A program made the translations under genes and the position numbers. 64,000 bases of DNA from Octopus vulgaris (taxonomy: Eukaryota). Location: positions 13,330,001 to 13,394,000 of the forward strand of contig OX597825.1 in the NCBI GenBank assembly GCA_951406725.2, read 5' to 3'. Shown in pieces: positions 40,911 to 54,656 of this stretch (position 1 is the stretch's first letter; each line of letters starts with the position of its first letter). The notes beneath the pieces are model-generated. The model worked only from the letters and a program-made list of their open reading frames with translations, did not search any database and was not told the DNA's origin.

Positions 40911-41555
40911 TGAAACAAACCCATTCTTCCTTCCTTCTTTCCTTCTTTCTTTCCTCCACTTATTCCCAGCTCGTGTATTTATTTAGTTGTTTAGTTATGA
41001 ATGGTTGTCTTGTGGGAAGATGGTAGACTTATTTGAACTGCTGAGCGAAATACGAGATGAGTGACGACAAGGAACGTTTAGCTTTCCCCGCCGAACCGCA
41101 GCCCTTTGTCTGGGCTACGGCTTCTACTTCTACTACTGTGTGTGTTTTTGATAAATAAATATATGTAACTATGTCTCTAGGTTTTTCTAACTACACACAC
41201 GAGCGGTCTCAGCTGTACATACATACACACATACACACATACACATTCACACATACGCATATGCACACACACACACACATTCACACATACGCATATGCAC
41301 ACACACACACATATTCACACATACGCATATGCACACACACACACACACACATATATACATATATATATATATAAATATATATATATACGTACATGCATGC
41401 GTACATACATAGGTTTACAAAGGTCTTGTATGTATGTATGCATATATGTATAAGAATATGTGTAGATGTATGTGCATATGTATGCACATGTATAAAGAGA
41501 TAGATAGATATATACATGCATACATACATACATACATACATACATACATAGACAA

Positions 41556-41644
<89 letters not shown>

Positions 41645-41825
41645 AAGATAGACAGACACACACAAACTTATTAGTTCAGGTTATTTTGTCCTGAATGCGT
41701 CAGTGAATGCATTAAAAGCATGTAACAGTCTGCGGCATAGCTTTTGTGCAGTCGACCTTACACACAACCTTGATCGCCTGAAAGGTGTGGGTCTGTAACC
41801 CTGTCATTGTCTTACACAACTAAAT

Positions 41826-41880
<55 letters not shown>

Positions 41881-42665
41881 GGAGCAGGCGTGCCTGTATG
41901 GTTAGAAACTTCCTTTCCAACCACATGGTCCCGGGTTCAGTCCCACTGTGTGGCACTTTGAGCAAATGTCTTCGACTATTGTCTCGGGTCAGCCAGAGCT
42001 TTGTGAGTGGATTTTGTAGAAGGAAACTGAAAGAAGCTGTTTGTATTCATGTGTGTGTGTGTGTGTGTGTGTCTTTGTACATGGATCTGCCCCACTCCCA
42101 CGGTTTGACAACCGGTGTTATTATGTTGACGACCCTGTAGCCGTCAAAAGAGATCGATGGGATAAATACCAGGCGTAAAAGAAGTAGAACCGGAGTTGAG
42201 TAACTCGATTTAAACTTCAGGGATGTGCCCCAGCATGGCCGCAGTCTAATAACTGAAACAAGTAAAAGAGCTAAAAAATATATACATGTGTGTGTGTGTA
42301 TGTATGTGTGTGTATGTGTGTGTGTGGAGGCCCAGTGGATAGGGTAGTGGACTCGCACGGGCGGAGGATCTCGGTTTCGATTCCCAGACCGGGTGTTGTG
42401 AGTGTTTGTTGAGCAAAAACATCTAAAGTTCCACGAGGCTCCGGCGAATCCTGCTGTACTCTTTCAACACAACTTTCTCTCACACTTTCTTCCTGTTCCT
42501 GCCATACCTGTGTTTTGCAGGACCAGCTTGTCACACTCTGTGTCACGCTGAATCTACCCGAGAACTGTCTGTGGAGTGCTCAGCCACTTGCACGTTAATT
42601 TCAGAAGCAGGTCGTTCCGTTGATCGGATCATCTGGAAACCTCATCGTTGTAACCGACAGAGTAC
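41881..42665 (+). mobile_element. Diverged SINE A (~41881-42270) followed by SINE C (~42326-42665)
   Basis: Family motifs as above. Confidence 0.85.
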
Positions 42666-42811
42666 CACGAAGAGCTGTGGGCCTTTGAACCCTAGACTAT
42701 TGCAATACCTGTTCCTGAATTTAGATGGAGTGGACGGTACCTTTGGTACAATATAATATCGACCAGTTCTGGCATTTGTATAACACTCAATGCCAAAGTT
42801 AGGTACTAGCC

Positions 42812-43207
42812 CTTTCGACCTTTATTCTCTAGAAAAACGACGACGCCGTGGTGATCTCATTCTTGCTCACAACATCATAAGTGGAAAGTGTAACCTCTCG
42901 AAGGAGCTGTTCTTGACTCCTGTTCCAGAGCGTCGGCTGCGAGGTCATTCCGAAAAGCTCTATCTGCGATGATTTCATCTCAATCGAAGGAGACGAGCTT
43001 TCTCCGTCCGGGTTGCGGATCCATGGAATAAGCTGCCGGACGAGATAGTGAAGATGCCGACGACCGCTCGCTTTAAAGTCTCCTTTGACCAGAAATGGCC
43101 CGAACTCTTTGCATGAACACCCACCCTGTACATAACTCCATGTCCCCCTACATGGCCTTGCTTTTTGCTTTTTGAGCCAAAAAATTAACTTAACTTAATT
43201 TAACTTA
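42812..43207 (+). mobile_element. CR1-clade LINE 3' end
   Basis: DLYSLEKRRRRGDLILAHNII..RLRGHSEKL..AFSVRVADPWNKLP followed by a (TAACT)n tail. Confidence 0.9.
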
Positions 43208-43410
43208 TATGCATATTATTGCGTATCTCTCACACCTTCACTCCAGAGAGTAGAGCTATAGTTTTCTCAGCCTATCCCTGTAGCTCATCCGCTCCACCGT
43301 TTCAATCTTTTTAGTATAGAGGCGTTGGAGTGCTTCAAACTCCATTGTTAGCTTGGCACTAGTGGTGACCATAACTGGGAACAGTAGTCCAGGCGGCCAG
43401 AACAAAGGTT
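43208..43410 (-). mobile_element. Second CR1/Jockey-group LINE fragment
   Basis: EFEALQRLYTKKIETVERMSYRDRLRKL*LYSLE*RCERYAII. Confidence 0.75.
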
Positions 43411-43578
43411 CTTCACATACGTACATGTGTGTATCTGTGCGTGCGTGTGTGTGTGTGTGCATGTGTGTGTGTACGCCTACGTGTGCACGTGTGTGTGTGT
43501 GTGTGTGCGTATAATAACAAAGGAACAGTAATTCCTTATCCTATTATTATTGGTATATCCAATTGTTATATCTAATTA

Positions 43579-43803
43579 TTGGGTTGTCCGGAAAGTTCGT
43601 GCCGATCTATAGCAGCTTACCTTTCGACTTACCCTCACAGGCACCTCAATTCTGGGAAGAGGGTATTTTCATGTTAAAAGAAAGAGGGAGACGCATTGTA
43701 CAACAAAATGATTCATATTTGGTTGATTAAAAATGTAATGGCAAGTATTTATTGACCTTTTTCTTTCCTTTAAAAATCGGCACGAACTTTCCGGACGACC
43801 CAT
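43579..43803. mobile_element. Mariner-derived MITE
   Basis: TA-flanked TIRs ttgggttgtccggaaagttcgtgccgat / atcggcacgaactttccggacgacccat. Confidence 0.9.
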
Positions 43804-43844
43804 TAGTATTGGTATATCCAACAACGTTAAGCGGTTATATATAT

Positions 43845-44072
43845 GTTTCTTTATTACCCACAAGGGGCTAAACATAGAGGGGACAAACAAGGACAGACAA
43901 ACGGATTAAGTCGCTTATATCGACTCCAGTGCGTAGCTGGTATTTATTTAATCGACCTCGAAATGATGAAAGGCAAAGTCGACCTCGGCGGAATTTGAAC
44001 CCAGAATGTAACAGCAGACGAAATACGGCTACGCATCTCGTCCGGCGTGCTAACATTTCTGCCACCTCGCCA
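43845..44072 (-). mobile_element. SINE family B with TSD
   Basis: Flanked by aagcggttatatata / aagccgttatatata. Confidence 0.9.
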
Positions 44073-44369
44073 AGCCGTTATATATAGCGGCCATTTAAGC
44101 ATTGACTTCATGAATGATTAATGGGTTACTTGGGACGCTAATGAAGAAGCAAAGCTCGTGAAATATGGTATATACAACCATTACCCATTTTTCATCCTCG
44201 ATCTCATTGTTTGATTACATCTGGCGTCTCTGATACGAAACGGCGTCACAAAATCAGATCCGGCAAGAATTTCTATAGAAAAATTTGGGATAACCATAAC
44301 GAGTAATTCCTTAAGCAATTTCATTAGCTTTCAACTGTTTCCCTAAATAAAACTTTCACTTCATTTTCA

Positions 44370-44531
44370 GGCGCTGGTGTGGTTTTGTGGTAAGTAGCTT
44401 GCTTACCAACCACATGGTTCTGGGTTCAGCCCCACTGCGTGGCACCTTGGGCAAGTGTCTTCTACTATAGCCTCGGGCCGACCAAAGCCTTGTGAGTGGA
44501 TTTGGTAGACGGAAACTGAAAGAAGCCCGTC

Positions 44532-44591
<60 letters not shown>

Positions 44592-44616
44592 GTGTGTGTG
44601 TTTGTGTGTGTGTGTG

Positions 44617-44665
<49 letters not shown>

Positions 44666-44856
44666 TGAGTCTGTGTTTGTCCCCCCAACATCGATGCTGG
44701 TGTGTTTACGTACTCGTAACTTAGCGGTTCGGCCAAAAGAGACTGATGGAATAAGTATTTGCCTTACAAAGAATAAGTCCTGGGATCGATTTGCTCGACT
44801 ATAGGCGGTGCTCCAGCATGGCCGCAGTCAAATGACTGAACCAAGTAAAAGAGTAA
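44370..44856 (+). mobile_element. Full-length SINE family A with expanded internal (TA)n(TG)n
   Basis: Family motifs. An inverted tail fragment follows at ~44865-44955. Confidence 0.92.
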
Positions 44857-45078
44857 TGCTTTCCTCTTGTATCTTCTGCTCGTTTCCATTATTAGTCTGT
44901 GGCCATGCTGGAGCACCGACGAGTTTTTAGTCGAACGAAGTGATCCCAGTACATTTTTCATTCTTTCATTCTTTCATTCGTTTATTCCATATTTTTTCTT
45001 CACCTCTTCTTTATCTATTTTACCTTTTTTTAGTCTCTTTTTTTATTTCATTTTTTTCTTCTATTTCTCCATCTTTCC

Positions 45079-45079
<1 letters not shown>

Positions 45080-45130
<51 letters not shown>

Positions 45131-46174
45131 TACATGCATCTTCTTTTTTTTTGTATATTTATCTATATATTTATATATGTACGTGTGTGCATACATATAT
45201 GTGTGTATATGTATGTTTGTGCATGTGTGTGTGTGTGTGTGTTTGTACTGATGTGTGTGTGTGTGTGTGTGTGTTTGTACTGATATATATATGCGTGTGT
45301 GTGTGTGTGTGCGTGCGTGTATTCATGTGTGTACGTATACAGAAATACATACATACAGATACACGTTTAGATCTCCCTCCCTCCCTACCTCTCTCTATAT
45401 ATATGTGTGCATGTGTATTTGCGTGAGTGCTTGTGTATGTATGTGTATATATGTGCGCGTACGTGCGTGTGTGTATATGTGTATATATTTGTGCGTGTGT
45501 GTACGTGCGTACCCTTATATATTTAACAGCAGAAATAGACAAATAGAAATATGCACACGATATATCGAACACACACACACACATACGCCTCTTTTTTTTT
45601 TCTTACTTGAGCGTCAACTTAATTCATTCACTGCGTCCGTCCTTTTGATTTTTGTTGTTTTTATTTTTATATTGTATTTCAATTTGCCTGTATATATAAT
45701 ATGTGTGTGCGTGTATGTGCGTGCATGTATGTGTAAATATATATATATATACGCTGTCTTTTTGGTGTCCTGTCACATATATGCGTGTATATGTACATGT
45801 AGAGGTAGGTACGTACATATATGTTTATATATATGCATATATTTTATTAACATATATATATATATATATATAGTCACACATAAATAAATAGCATACATAC
45901 ATGCACACACACACGCTCACACACATAAATATGCATATATATACATATATATATATATACACATACGCACACACATACACACATATATATATATATTTAT
46001 ATATATATATATATATATATACATACACACACACACATATATATATATATATATGTACACACAAATAGATATACACACACATATATATGTTATGCAAATA
46101 ACCACACATATACGCCCAGATACACACACATTGGTGCTTTCCAAGTGGAAATTAAGAGGATTGTCTAACGGAAG

Positions 46175-46226
<52 letters not shown>

Positions 46227-46260
46227 CACACACAGACACACAGAGTGAGACGGACATACG
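45080..46260. repeat. (TTTC)/(TG)/(TA)/(CA)/(GA) low-complexity block
   Basis: Directly visible. Confidence 0.9.
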
Positions 46261-46832
46261 GGCAGACAGGCAGACAGGACGCAGTCGTGTTATTGCGTGT
46301 GAAAGGTTTTACATCACAAACTAACCGTCACTTCACGTAGTTTGCAACAAACCTCCAGCTGTGGCGAAACGAACTGACCCCGGCTTTCTGAAAGGGTTAG
46401 TCGGTGTGGCGGGGAGGCGGTGGCGGTGTGTTAATGGCGATAGAAAAAAAGCCAGAAAGAGAGAGAGAGAGGAGAGAGAGCAAGACAGAATCAGTCATGC
46501 TTCCTCTGGTGAACAGGGGGTTAGGCAGGACTCTAATTGATTTTGCATATATAGACCATCTGGTATTGTTTTTACGGACTAAGCACTCGCAGTTTCGGTC
46601 ACAGTACGCACACTTGGCCTCGAGTTTTGCGTCCGTCTTTGCACTCAGCGTAGCAGAAACACATCGATGTCTCATATAAAACATTAAAATGCATACATTC
46701 ATTAAAGCAAAGATATCGTTATGGCCGTATATGTCAAGCTTCAGTCTCTGAATGTGTCTGTCTGTCTGTTTGTCTCTTTGGAGGTGTTCTTTTCGTCCGT
46801 TGTGTTTCTTTTCGGGAGTGTAGGATGGAAGA

Positions 46833-48092
46833 TATTGAGCTGGCAGAATCGTTAGCAAGCCGGGCGAAATGCTTAGCGGTATTTCGTCTGCCGTTACATT
46901 CTGGGTTCAAATTCCGCCGAGGCCGACTTTGCCTTTCATCCTTTCGGGGTCGATAAATTAAGTACCAGTTACGCACTGGAGTCGATGTAATCGACTTAAT
47001 ACCTATGCGTGTCCTTGTTTGTCCCCTCTGAGTTTAGCCCCTTGTGGGTAATAAAGAAATATGTATTGAGCTGGTAGAATCGTTAGCACGCTGGGCGAAA
47101 TGCGTAGCCGTATTTCGTCTGCCGTTACACTCTGGGTTCAAATTCCGCCGAGGTCGACTTTGCCTTTCATCCTTTCGGGGTCGATAAATTAAGTAACAGT
47201 TACGCACTGGGGTCGATGCAATCGACTTAATACCTATGTCTGTCCTTGTTTGTCCCCTCTGTGTTTAGACCCTTGTGGGTAATAAAGAAACAGATATTTC
47301 GTCTGCGTTACGTTGTGAGTTCAAATTCCGCCGAGGTCGATAAATTAAGTACCAGTTACGCACTGGGGTCGATGTAATCGACTTAATACCTATTTCTTTT
47401 ACCACAAGGGCTAACACAGAGGGGACAAACATGGACAGACATAAACACGAGTGCGTAACTGGGACCCCGAAGGATGAAGACCTCGACATCACAACGGACA
47501 GACATATGCTAAGGCCGATACGTTTCTGCCAGTTCGCGCCTAAATAATCGACTTAATACCTATGTCTGACCTTGTTTGTCCCCTCTGTGTTTAGCCCTTG
47601 TGGGTAATAAATGAAATAGGTATTGAGCTGGCAGAATCGTTAGCACGCCGACGAAATGCGTAGCCGTATTTCGTCTGCCGTTACATTCTGGGTTCAAATT
47701 CGCCGACGAAATACGACTTTGCCTTTCGTCCTTTCGGCGTCTAACGTTAAATAAGTACCAGTTACGCCTGGGGTCGATATAATCGACTTAATACCGTTTG
47801 TCTGTCCTTGTTTGTCCCCTCTGTGTTTAGCCCCTTGTGGGTAATAAAGAAATAGGTATTGAGCTGGCAGAATCGTTAGCACGCCGGGCGAAATGCGTAG
47901 CCGTATTTCGTCTGCCGTTACATTCTGGGTTCAAATTCCGCCGAGGTCGACTTTGCCTTTCGTCCTTTCGGAGTCAATTAAATAAGTACCAGTTACGCAC
48001 TGGGGTCGATATAATCGACTTAATCCGTCTGTCTGTCCTTGTTTGTCACCTCTGTGTTTAGTCCCTTGTGGGTAATAAAGAAATAGGTATTT
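46833..48092 (+). mobile_element. Tandem array of SINE family B units (~231-236 bp period)
   Basis: tattgagctgg unit starts at 46833, 47064, 47621 and 47857. Scrambled/inverted segment at ~47393-47540. Confidence 0.92.
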
Positions 48093-48241
48093 CTTGGTTT
48101 TTGTCACGAGTTCAAAGCTCATCCTCTTAAGTGTGTGTGTACTTGTATACACACACACACACACACACGTATGTATGTATATATTTCTTTACTCTTTTAC
48201 TTGTGTTAGTCATTTGACTGCGGCCATGCTGGAGCACCGCC

Positions 48242-48305
<64 letters not shown>

Positions 48306-48307
<2 letters not shown>

Positions 48308-48700
48308 CGCAGGAGTGGCTGTGTGGTAAGTAGCTTGCTAACCAGCCACATGGTTCCGGGTTCAGTCCCACTGCGTGGCATCTTGGGCAAGTGTCTTCTG
48401 CTATAGCCCCGGGCCGACCAATGCCTTGTGAATGGATTTGGTAGACGGAAACTGAAAGAAGCCTGTCGTATATATGTATATATATGTGTGTATGTGTGTG
48501 TGTGTTTGTCTCCCTAGCATTGCTTGACAACCGATGCTGGTGTGTTTACGTCCCCGTCACTTAGCAGTTCGGCAAAAGAGACCGATAGAATAAGTACTGG
48601 GCTTACAAAGAATAAGTCCCGGGTTCGATTTGCTCGACTAAAGGCGGTGCTCCAGCATGGCCGCAGTCAAATGACTGAAACAAGTAAAATAGTAAAAGAG
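48306..48700 (+). mobile_element. Full-length SINE family A
   Basis: ggcgcaggagtggctgtgtggtaag start. An inverted tail fragment lies at ~48185-48243. Confidence 0.93.
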
Positions 48701-48759
48701 TATATATATGTATATATATACATGTATATGTATATGTATGTAATGTATGTATCTCTCTT

Positions 48760-48832
<73 letters not shown>

Positions 48833-48923
48833 AATCCAAACGGGAAAACAGAAAGAACAACAACACGTGGAACAATTACAGTATTATTATTAATAGGCGC
48901 TCAGGAAAGATGGAAGCAGGAAG

Positions 48924-48958
48924 GTATGACGTTTCGAGCGGAGCTCTTCGTCGGAAAC
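48924..48958 (-). ncRNA. Degenerate hammerhead motif, same family as 30633-30667
   Basis: Minus strand: gttt-CCGACGA-a-gag-ctccg-ctc-GAAAC-GTC-atac. Downstream flank is homologous to 30668-30768. One core change and one stem I mismatch. Confidence 0.6.
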
Positions 48959-50069
48959 ATAAAGAAGGAAGAGAGAGGAAAGAAAGATCCCAAAGTGGGC
49001 AACAAGAGATGGAGAAAAAAAAAAAAAAAACGACTGGTGTTTACGAAGTACACATGGTGAAAGGCGGAAGTTTACGATAACAAGAGCAAAGTAGGTTTTT
49101 AAAGCCAAAAGAGTGGAGACAGGGTTGGTAACGCAACAGATGTGTGTGTATGTGTGAGTGTGTGCGTGTGCGTGTGTGTATGTGTGTGTGAGGCGAGATA
49201 AAAAAACAAAAAATATATGTATATGTTAGTGTGTGCGTCTGTGTGTATGCGTGTGAGGTAGGGCGAACAGTAGTAGGCAGCAGACAGTGGTCAGTAGTAA
49301 GAAAAAGAAGGAAGGAGGAAGGGAGGGAGGGGAAGGGGTGGGGGCGTATGTAACGTGCCAGCGTGTGTTTTGAGTAGTAGTGTGTGTGTGTCCAGTGTCG
49401 TGGTTGTATTAATGGCGAGTAGATTTGAAGTCTGTGTAAGAGTAATGTATATATTTAAGCAATGTGTGTGTGTGAGTGGGTGTAACAAAAAAAAGGGGGG
49501 GGGGGGTTATAAGGAAAAAGGACTCCATATATATATTTATATATATATATAAACAAAACAAAAAAAATGGAACAAGAACATAACAGGCGACAACAAAATA
49601 TTCGGACAGTTAGACAATACGAAAAAGGACAGGAAAAAACAAGAATGGGTCATTCGGAGCGCTTATACCTTCTCTACTTGTATTGATAAGAGTGAAATGA
49701 AAACCCTAAGATTGGGAAATCGATGGCCGGCCGTAGGCTCGATGATTGGAAAAATAAAACGCCAGTATTATTATCACTATAAAACATATCACGAGGTCGG
49801 CAGAGGAAGCGTAGAACTGGAAGTTGAGAAACCCATGTGATTGTTGAGGACACTAACTATTGATCTAAAGTAATGTCGAGTGGGAACGGAAACGGAAACA
49901 ATGGATTTTGTATTCCATCGAAACTAGTGAGATGTGACGTTTACTAAGTTTTCCCGGTAAAGAGTCGGCCATATTTAGAAGTGAGTATTGCTAAGAGGTT
50001 GGGAAGTTGCTTCCTTTAGGGTCGAGAGTGGGGAGTGGAAAACCCAAGGACAGCTCCAACACAAAATAG

Positions 50070-50210
50070 CTGTGCCCCAACCTATTGGAAAGCTTCTGAA
50101 TTCCTATAAAGACGGAGAGAGGTTCACAATTAAAATCAGCTTCACTTGTGTTTCGGAGAATCTAATTTATGTTATAACTTGCTCAAGTTGTGGACATAAA
50201 TATACTGCCG
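50070..50210 (+). mobile_element. Penelope-like element GIY-YIG endonuclease remnant
   Basis: ERFTIKISFTCVSENLIYVITCSSCGHKYT matches the PLE pattern TCxSxNxIYxIxCxxCxxxYxG. Confidence 0.78.
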
Positions 50211-50734
50211 GAGAGAGGTTTACCTGAAGGAAGCAAGAGCCAGAGGTTCAATAACGTTTGAACCTTAACGAATCTCTGCAGAATTGGCCTATGGAACCTT
50301 TTGATTCCAATCTTGCTCAGGGGTTGATATCCTCATTGCCATTCGATGACTAAAATCTTATCATTATATTTCTATTATTACATATTCTTAGGAATTCTAT
50401 AAAAGAAATACTTCAATATTTTGTGTAATGTATACTATAGCTTGTATTTTATCTTTTATTTTTTATATTTACTTGTTTTATTTTTTACTTGTTTTGGTCA
50501 TATTTGAATGTGGAAATGCTGGAGCACCCCCTTGAAGGGTTTTGGTCGAACAAATCGACCCCAAGACTTATTTCTTCTTCAAAGCCCGGTACTTCTTCTG
50601 TTGTTCACTTTGGCCAAACCGCTAGGTCACATGAATGGTATAACGAGCGCCTGGCGAAGCTGATAGACGAAACTTGCTATATAACAAAGGCCAGAAGACA
50701 AACTCGAAATATCACACGATGGCAACTATGGATG

Positions 50735-51117
50735 GAAGCACTCCGTCGGTTACGACGATGAGGGTTCCGGTTGATCCGAATCAACGGAACAGCCTGTTCG
50801 TGAAATTAACGTGTAAGTGGCTGAGCACTCCACAGACACGTGTACCCTTAACGTAGTTCTCGGGGATATTCAGCGTGACACAGAGAGTGACAAGGCCGGC
50901 CCTTTGAAATACAGGTACAACAGAAACCGGAAGTAAGAGTGAGAGAAAGTTGTGGTGAAAGAGTACAGCAGGGATCACCACCATCCCCTGCCGGAGCCTC
51001 GTGGAGCTTTTAGGTGTTTTCGCTCAATAAACACTCACAACGCCCGGTCTGGGAATCGAAACCGCGATCCTACGACCGCGAGTCCGCTGCCCTAACCACT
51101 GGGCCATTGCGCCTCCA
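50735..51117 (-). mobile_element. Full-length SINE family C with TSD
   Basis: Reverse complement of 6788-7168. ggcaactatg at 50721-50730 and 51119-51128. Confidence 0.93.
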
Positions 51118-51883
51118 CGGCAACTATGATGCGAGTGAGCGTCAGTGGATGGACGATGAGACACTCTTCGCGACCAGAAGAGGCTTTTACCATCTTAGCA
51201 GAACACAGAAATGAGAGTTCCTCTTTTTGCATTTTTCTTTTTTTTCTCCTTCCGCTGCATATTTCATTTTGGTTCATACGTATTTAGATAGCTATTACGT
51301 CATCGACAGATTAACGGACGACACAGCATATCGCATGTGTGTATATGTGTATGTATGTATACACACACACACACATAAACATACGCACACAAACACTCAC
51401 ACTCACACATACGAACACATGCACTCATATATTTATGTATATATGTATATATATCTATACGTATATAATTAACACGTGTACATATATATTTATATATGTG
51501 TGTGTAAGTGTCTGTGTGTGTATGCGGGCCACACAGCATATCATATGTGTGTATATGTATATGTATGTATATATACACACACAAATACACACACATACAC
51601 ACACATGCATAGAGATATATCCATATATTTATGCATATATTTATATACGTATATAATAAATACGTGTGCATATATATTTATATATGTGCGCGTGTATGTA
51701 TGTCAGTGTGTGTGTGTGTCTGTGTGGGGGGGGGGACACGCGTGTGTGAGTATGTGGGTGTAAAAGTATTTATATAAAGATTAGGATGTTCCCTTATGAC
51801 CTACTCTGGATCGGAGCACTGAATTGACCTGAAAGGAGTGGGCCTACCTAACTATATATATATATATATATACACACATATAT

Positions 51884-51931
<48 letters not shown>

Positions 51932-52503
51932 GTCTGCGCGAAGGTGTGTCGTTTACGAATGTGCGTGTGTATATATGTGTGTATACATTCATATATATGC
52001 GCGTACGATTACTCACGAGTGCATTGCGTCTAATGGAATGCTTGAATGAAGAGAAGTACTTCAATCAACTGTAGGGGCATATCCGGATTGTAATTGTTGT
52101 TGTTTTTGTTGCCGTCATCATCATCGTCATCTTTCTTTTTCCTCCTAGTTTCCAGTTCGTCTTCACCGGTTCATTCCTGAAATTTTTTCTCCCCACATTT
52201 TTTTTCTGTTTTCAATTGATTCTGTAGACTACTTGTTCGTTTCCGCGATAAAGTCTATAATATTTCACTGGATTTTCCCCGGAAACGTGTTGAATTTAGA
52301 CAATGTACATTCATCTGATTCGTTTTATATTGTTTCCAAAATAATGTCACTCACTTGCAAGATCCATCCTGCTAATGATTTACATGTTTTGGTGATACGC
52401 TCAAACCCAGGGTTAAATACAAGACAACCACACACCGCTTACTCTTTAGCTTGTCAATAGCGCTCTAACAATTTGCTCGTTCGCGCTCCCCATAGCGATA
52501 TAT

Positions 52504-52550
<47 letters not shown>

Positions 52551-52697
52551 CGGGTTTCTGGATATTTACCCGTCGCCAGCGCACAACCAATCATCGGTCT
52601 TCGATGCGAAGGGGTCCCAATGCAAATACATATATCCTATAAACAGCTACTGTTTATACCTCGTTCAGAGGTTTATATATATATATATATATATGCT

Positions 52698-53009
52698 GAG
52701 ACCTCCTTCGGTCATGACTGACCATGGGATTGCACTTAGAAAGTTACCGTCTCAGGCACAAGTCCGGGCAAGGTTGTTTATGGAAGACCAGCAGTCGCCC
52801 ATGCATACCAGCCACCCTTCTCCACGCCACCAGTGTTATCAAAGGGAAAGGCAAAGGGGCCGATACAACTTGGTACCTATGACGTCGCAACTCATTTCTA
52901 CAGCTGAGTGAACTGGAGCAATGTGAAATAAAGTGTCTTGCTCAAGAACACAACACGCAGCCCGGTCCGGGATTCGAACTAACAACCTCACGACTGAGCC
53001 ATGCGCCGT

Positions 53010-53046
<37 letters not shown>

Positions 53047-53263
53047 TTCTTTACTACCCACAAGGGGCTAAACACAGAGAGGACAGACAAACGGATTAAG
53101 TCGATTATATCGACCCCAGTGCGTAACTGGTACTTAATTTATCGACCCCGAAAGGATGAAAGGCAAAGTCGACCTCGGCGGAATTTGAACTCAGAACGTA
53201 ACGGCAGACGAAATACGCCTACGCATTTCGCCCGGCGTGCTAACGGTTCTGCCAGCTCGCCGC
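52698..53263 (-). mobile_element. SINE D (~52698-53006) and SINE B (~53045-53263)
   Basis: Family motifs as above. Confidence 0.88.
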
Positions 53264-53359
53264 CTATATATATGTACACAAACACACACATATAAGTACG
53301 CGTGTCCGCGTCTGTGCTTGTGTGTATGTACATGTTATATATATATGTATATACATGAA

Positions 53360-53391
<32 letters not shown>

Positions 53392-53878
53392 GCCAGACTG
53401 AAGAACGATTTATATTGCTTTCTCTGATCAATTTGGATAATTTCGAGTAGTCACAAATTCACTACAAGAAGCTTCGGGATTAAAATTCTATCACATCGTT
53501 TTGAAAGTAGAATCAGTTGTCGAATAAAGAATATATTTTCTCATCGCTTTTGTGAATCCATACAAATGGATACACTACCCAATTGTTCTTTTTATCTAGA
53601 ATCTCGAAGAAGTATTTATACTTAAAATTATCTCAAACATTTTTTTAGATCCTTTAGAAAGTTATTTCTCGTAGCATTTGTAATTTCTACGGTTTCTGAA
53701 AAACGTTTAATGGAAAGAAAACGGCATACAATTCTTTACCATTATTTCAGAACGACAATATCTTGGTTTCTCGATAGTTGTGCTAAATTTTTTTTTACCA
53801 TTTTGGAGAAACTGATCACAATATATTATTTACATTATTTACATTTGACAGATATTTGTCCTCATCTTGTTTTTTGTT

Positions 53879-53924
53879 AACACAACGTTTCGACTAATAT
53901 ACCTTCCAGCCTTCATCAGGTGTC
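53879..53924 (-). ncRNA. Minimal type I hammerhead ribozyme, third copy of the 23-kb family (repeat ~53822-53975)
   Basis: gacac-CTGATGA-a-ggctg-gaaggtatat-tagtc-GAAAC-GTT-gtgtt. Stem II changes are G-U compatible. Confidence 0.8.
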
Positions 53925-53973
53925 TTTGGGAAATTTCGAACCTGGGTTCTCATTCCTAAGGTATTTTTCGATG

Positions 53974-54093
<120 letters not shown>

Positions 54094-54207
54094 ATTTTTC
54101 CCTTCTTTCTTCAAATTTTCTTCCGTTTCTCGCCGAGTGTTTTCCGTACATCTACGGCAGAGAAGCTCATTGTATACATTCCCGGATTACATGCGCAAAT
54201 TCACAGG

Positions 54208-54276
<69 letters not shown>

Positions 54277-54281
<5 letters not shown>

Positions 54282-54452
54282 TCACTGCCTGATTTCGAAC
54301 TAGGTATGTTGGGAGTTAGTAGCCCGTGCTCTTAACCACTACGTCATATACTAACTAGCTACAAGTTCGTTTATTCCGGTAACATAAAAATCAGGAGTCC
54401 TGGATCTGATGAACTCTTTGAACGCACTTTCAGCATCGGTTTGATTTTTCGA

Positions 54453-54483
<31 letters not shown>

Positions 54484-54656
54484 TCACTGCCTGGAATCGA
54501 ACTCGGAATGTTGGGGTTTAGTAACCTGTGCTCTTAACCACTACGCCATATACTAACTAGTTACGAGTTTGTTTATTCCAGTAACATAAAAATCAGGAGT
54601 TCTGGAGCTGATGAACTCTTTGAACGCACTTTCAGCATCGGTTTGATTTTTCGAAC
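54277..54656 (-). mobile_element. Tandem ~200-bp duplication, each unit with a tRNA-like Pol III head followed by (TAA)n
   Basis: Minus-strand A-box TGGCGTAGTGG (54538-54548) and B-box GTTCGATTCC (54493-54502). Second head at ~54277-54348. Confidence 0.8.

Noticed and set aside
46397-46858. ORF containing KCAYCDRNCEC, suggesting a zinc finger
   Set aside because: It lacks C2H2 histidines and spacing, starts inside a SINE and runs through GA repeats.
51321-51695. About 210-bp local tandem duplication
   Set aside because: It is real but made of low-complexity TA/CA sequence, an ordinary slippage product.
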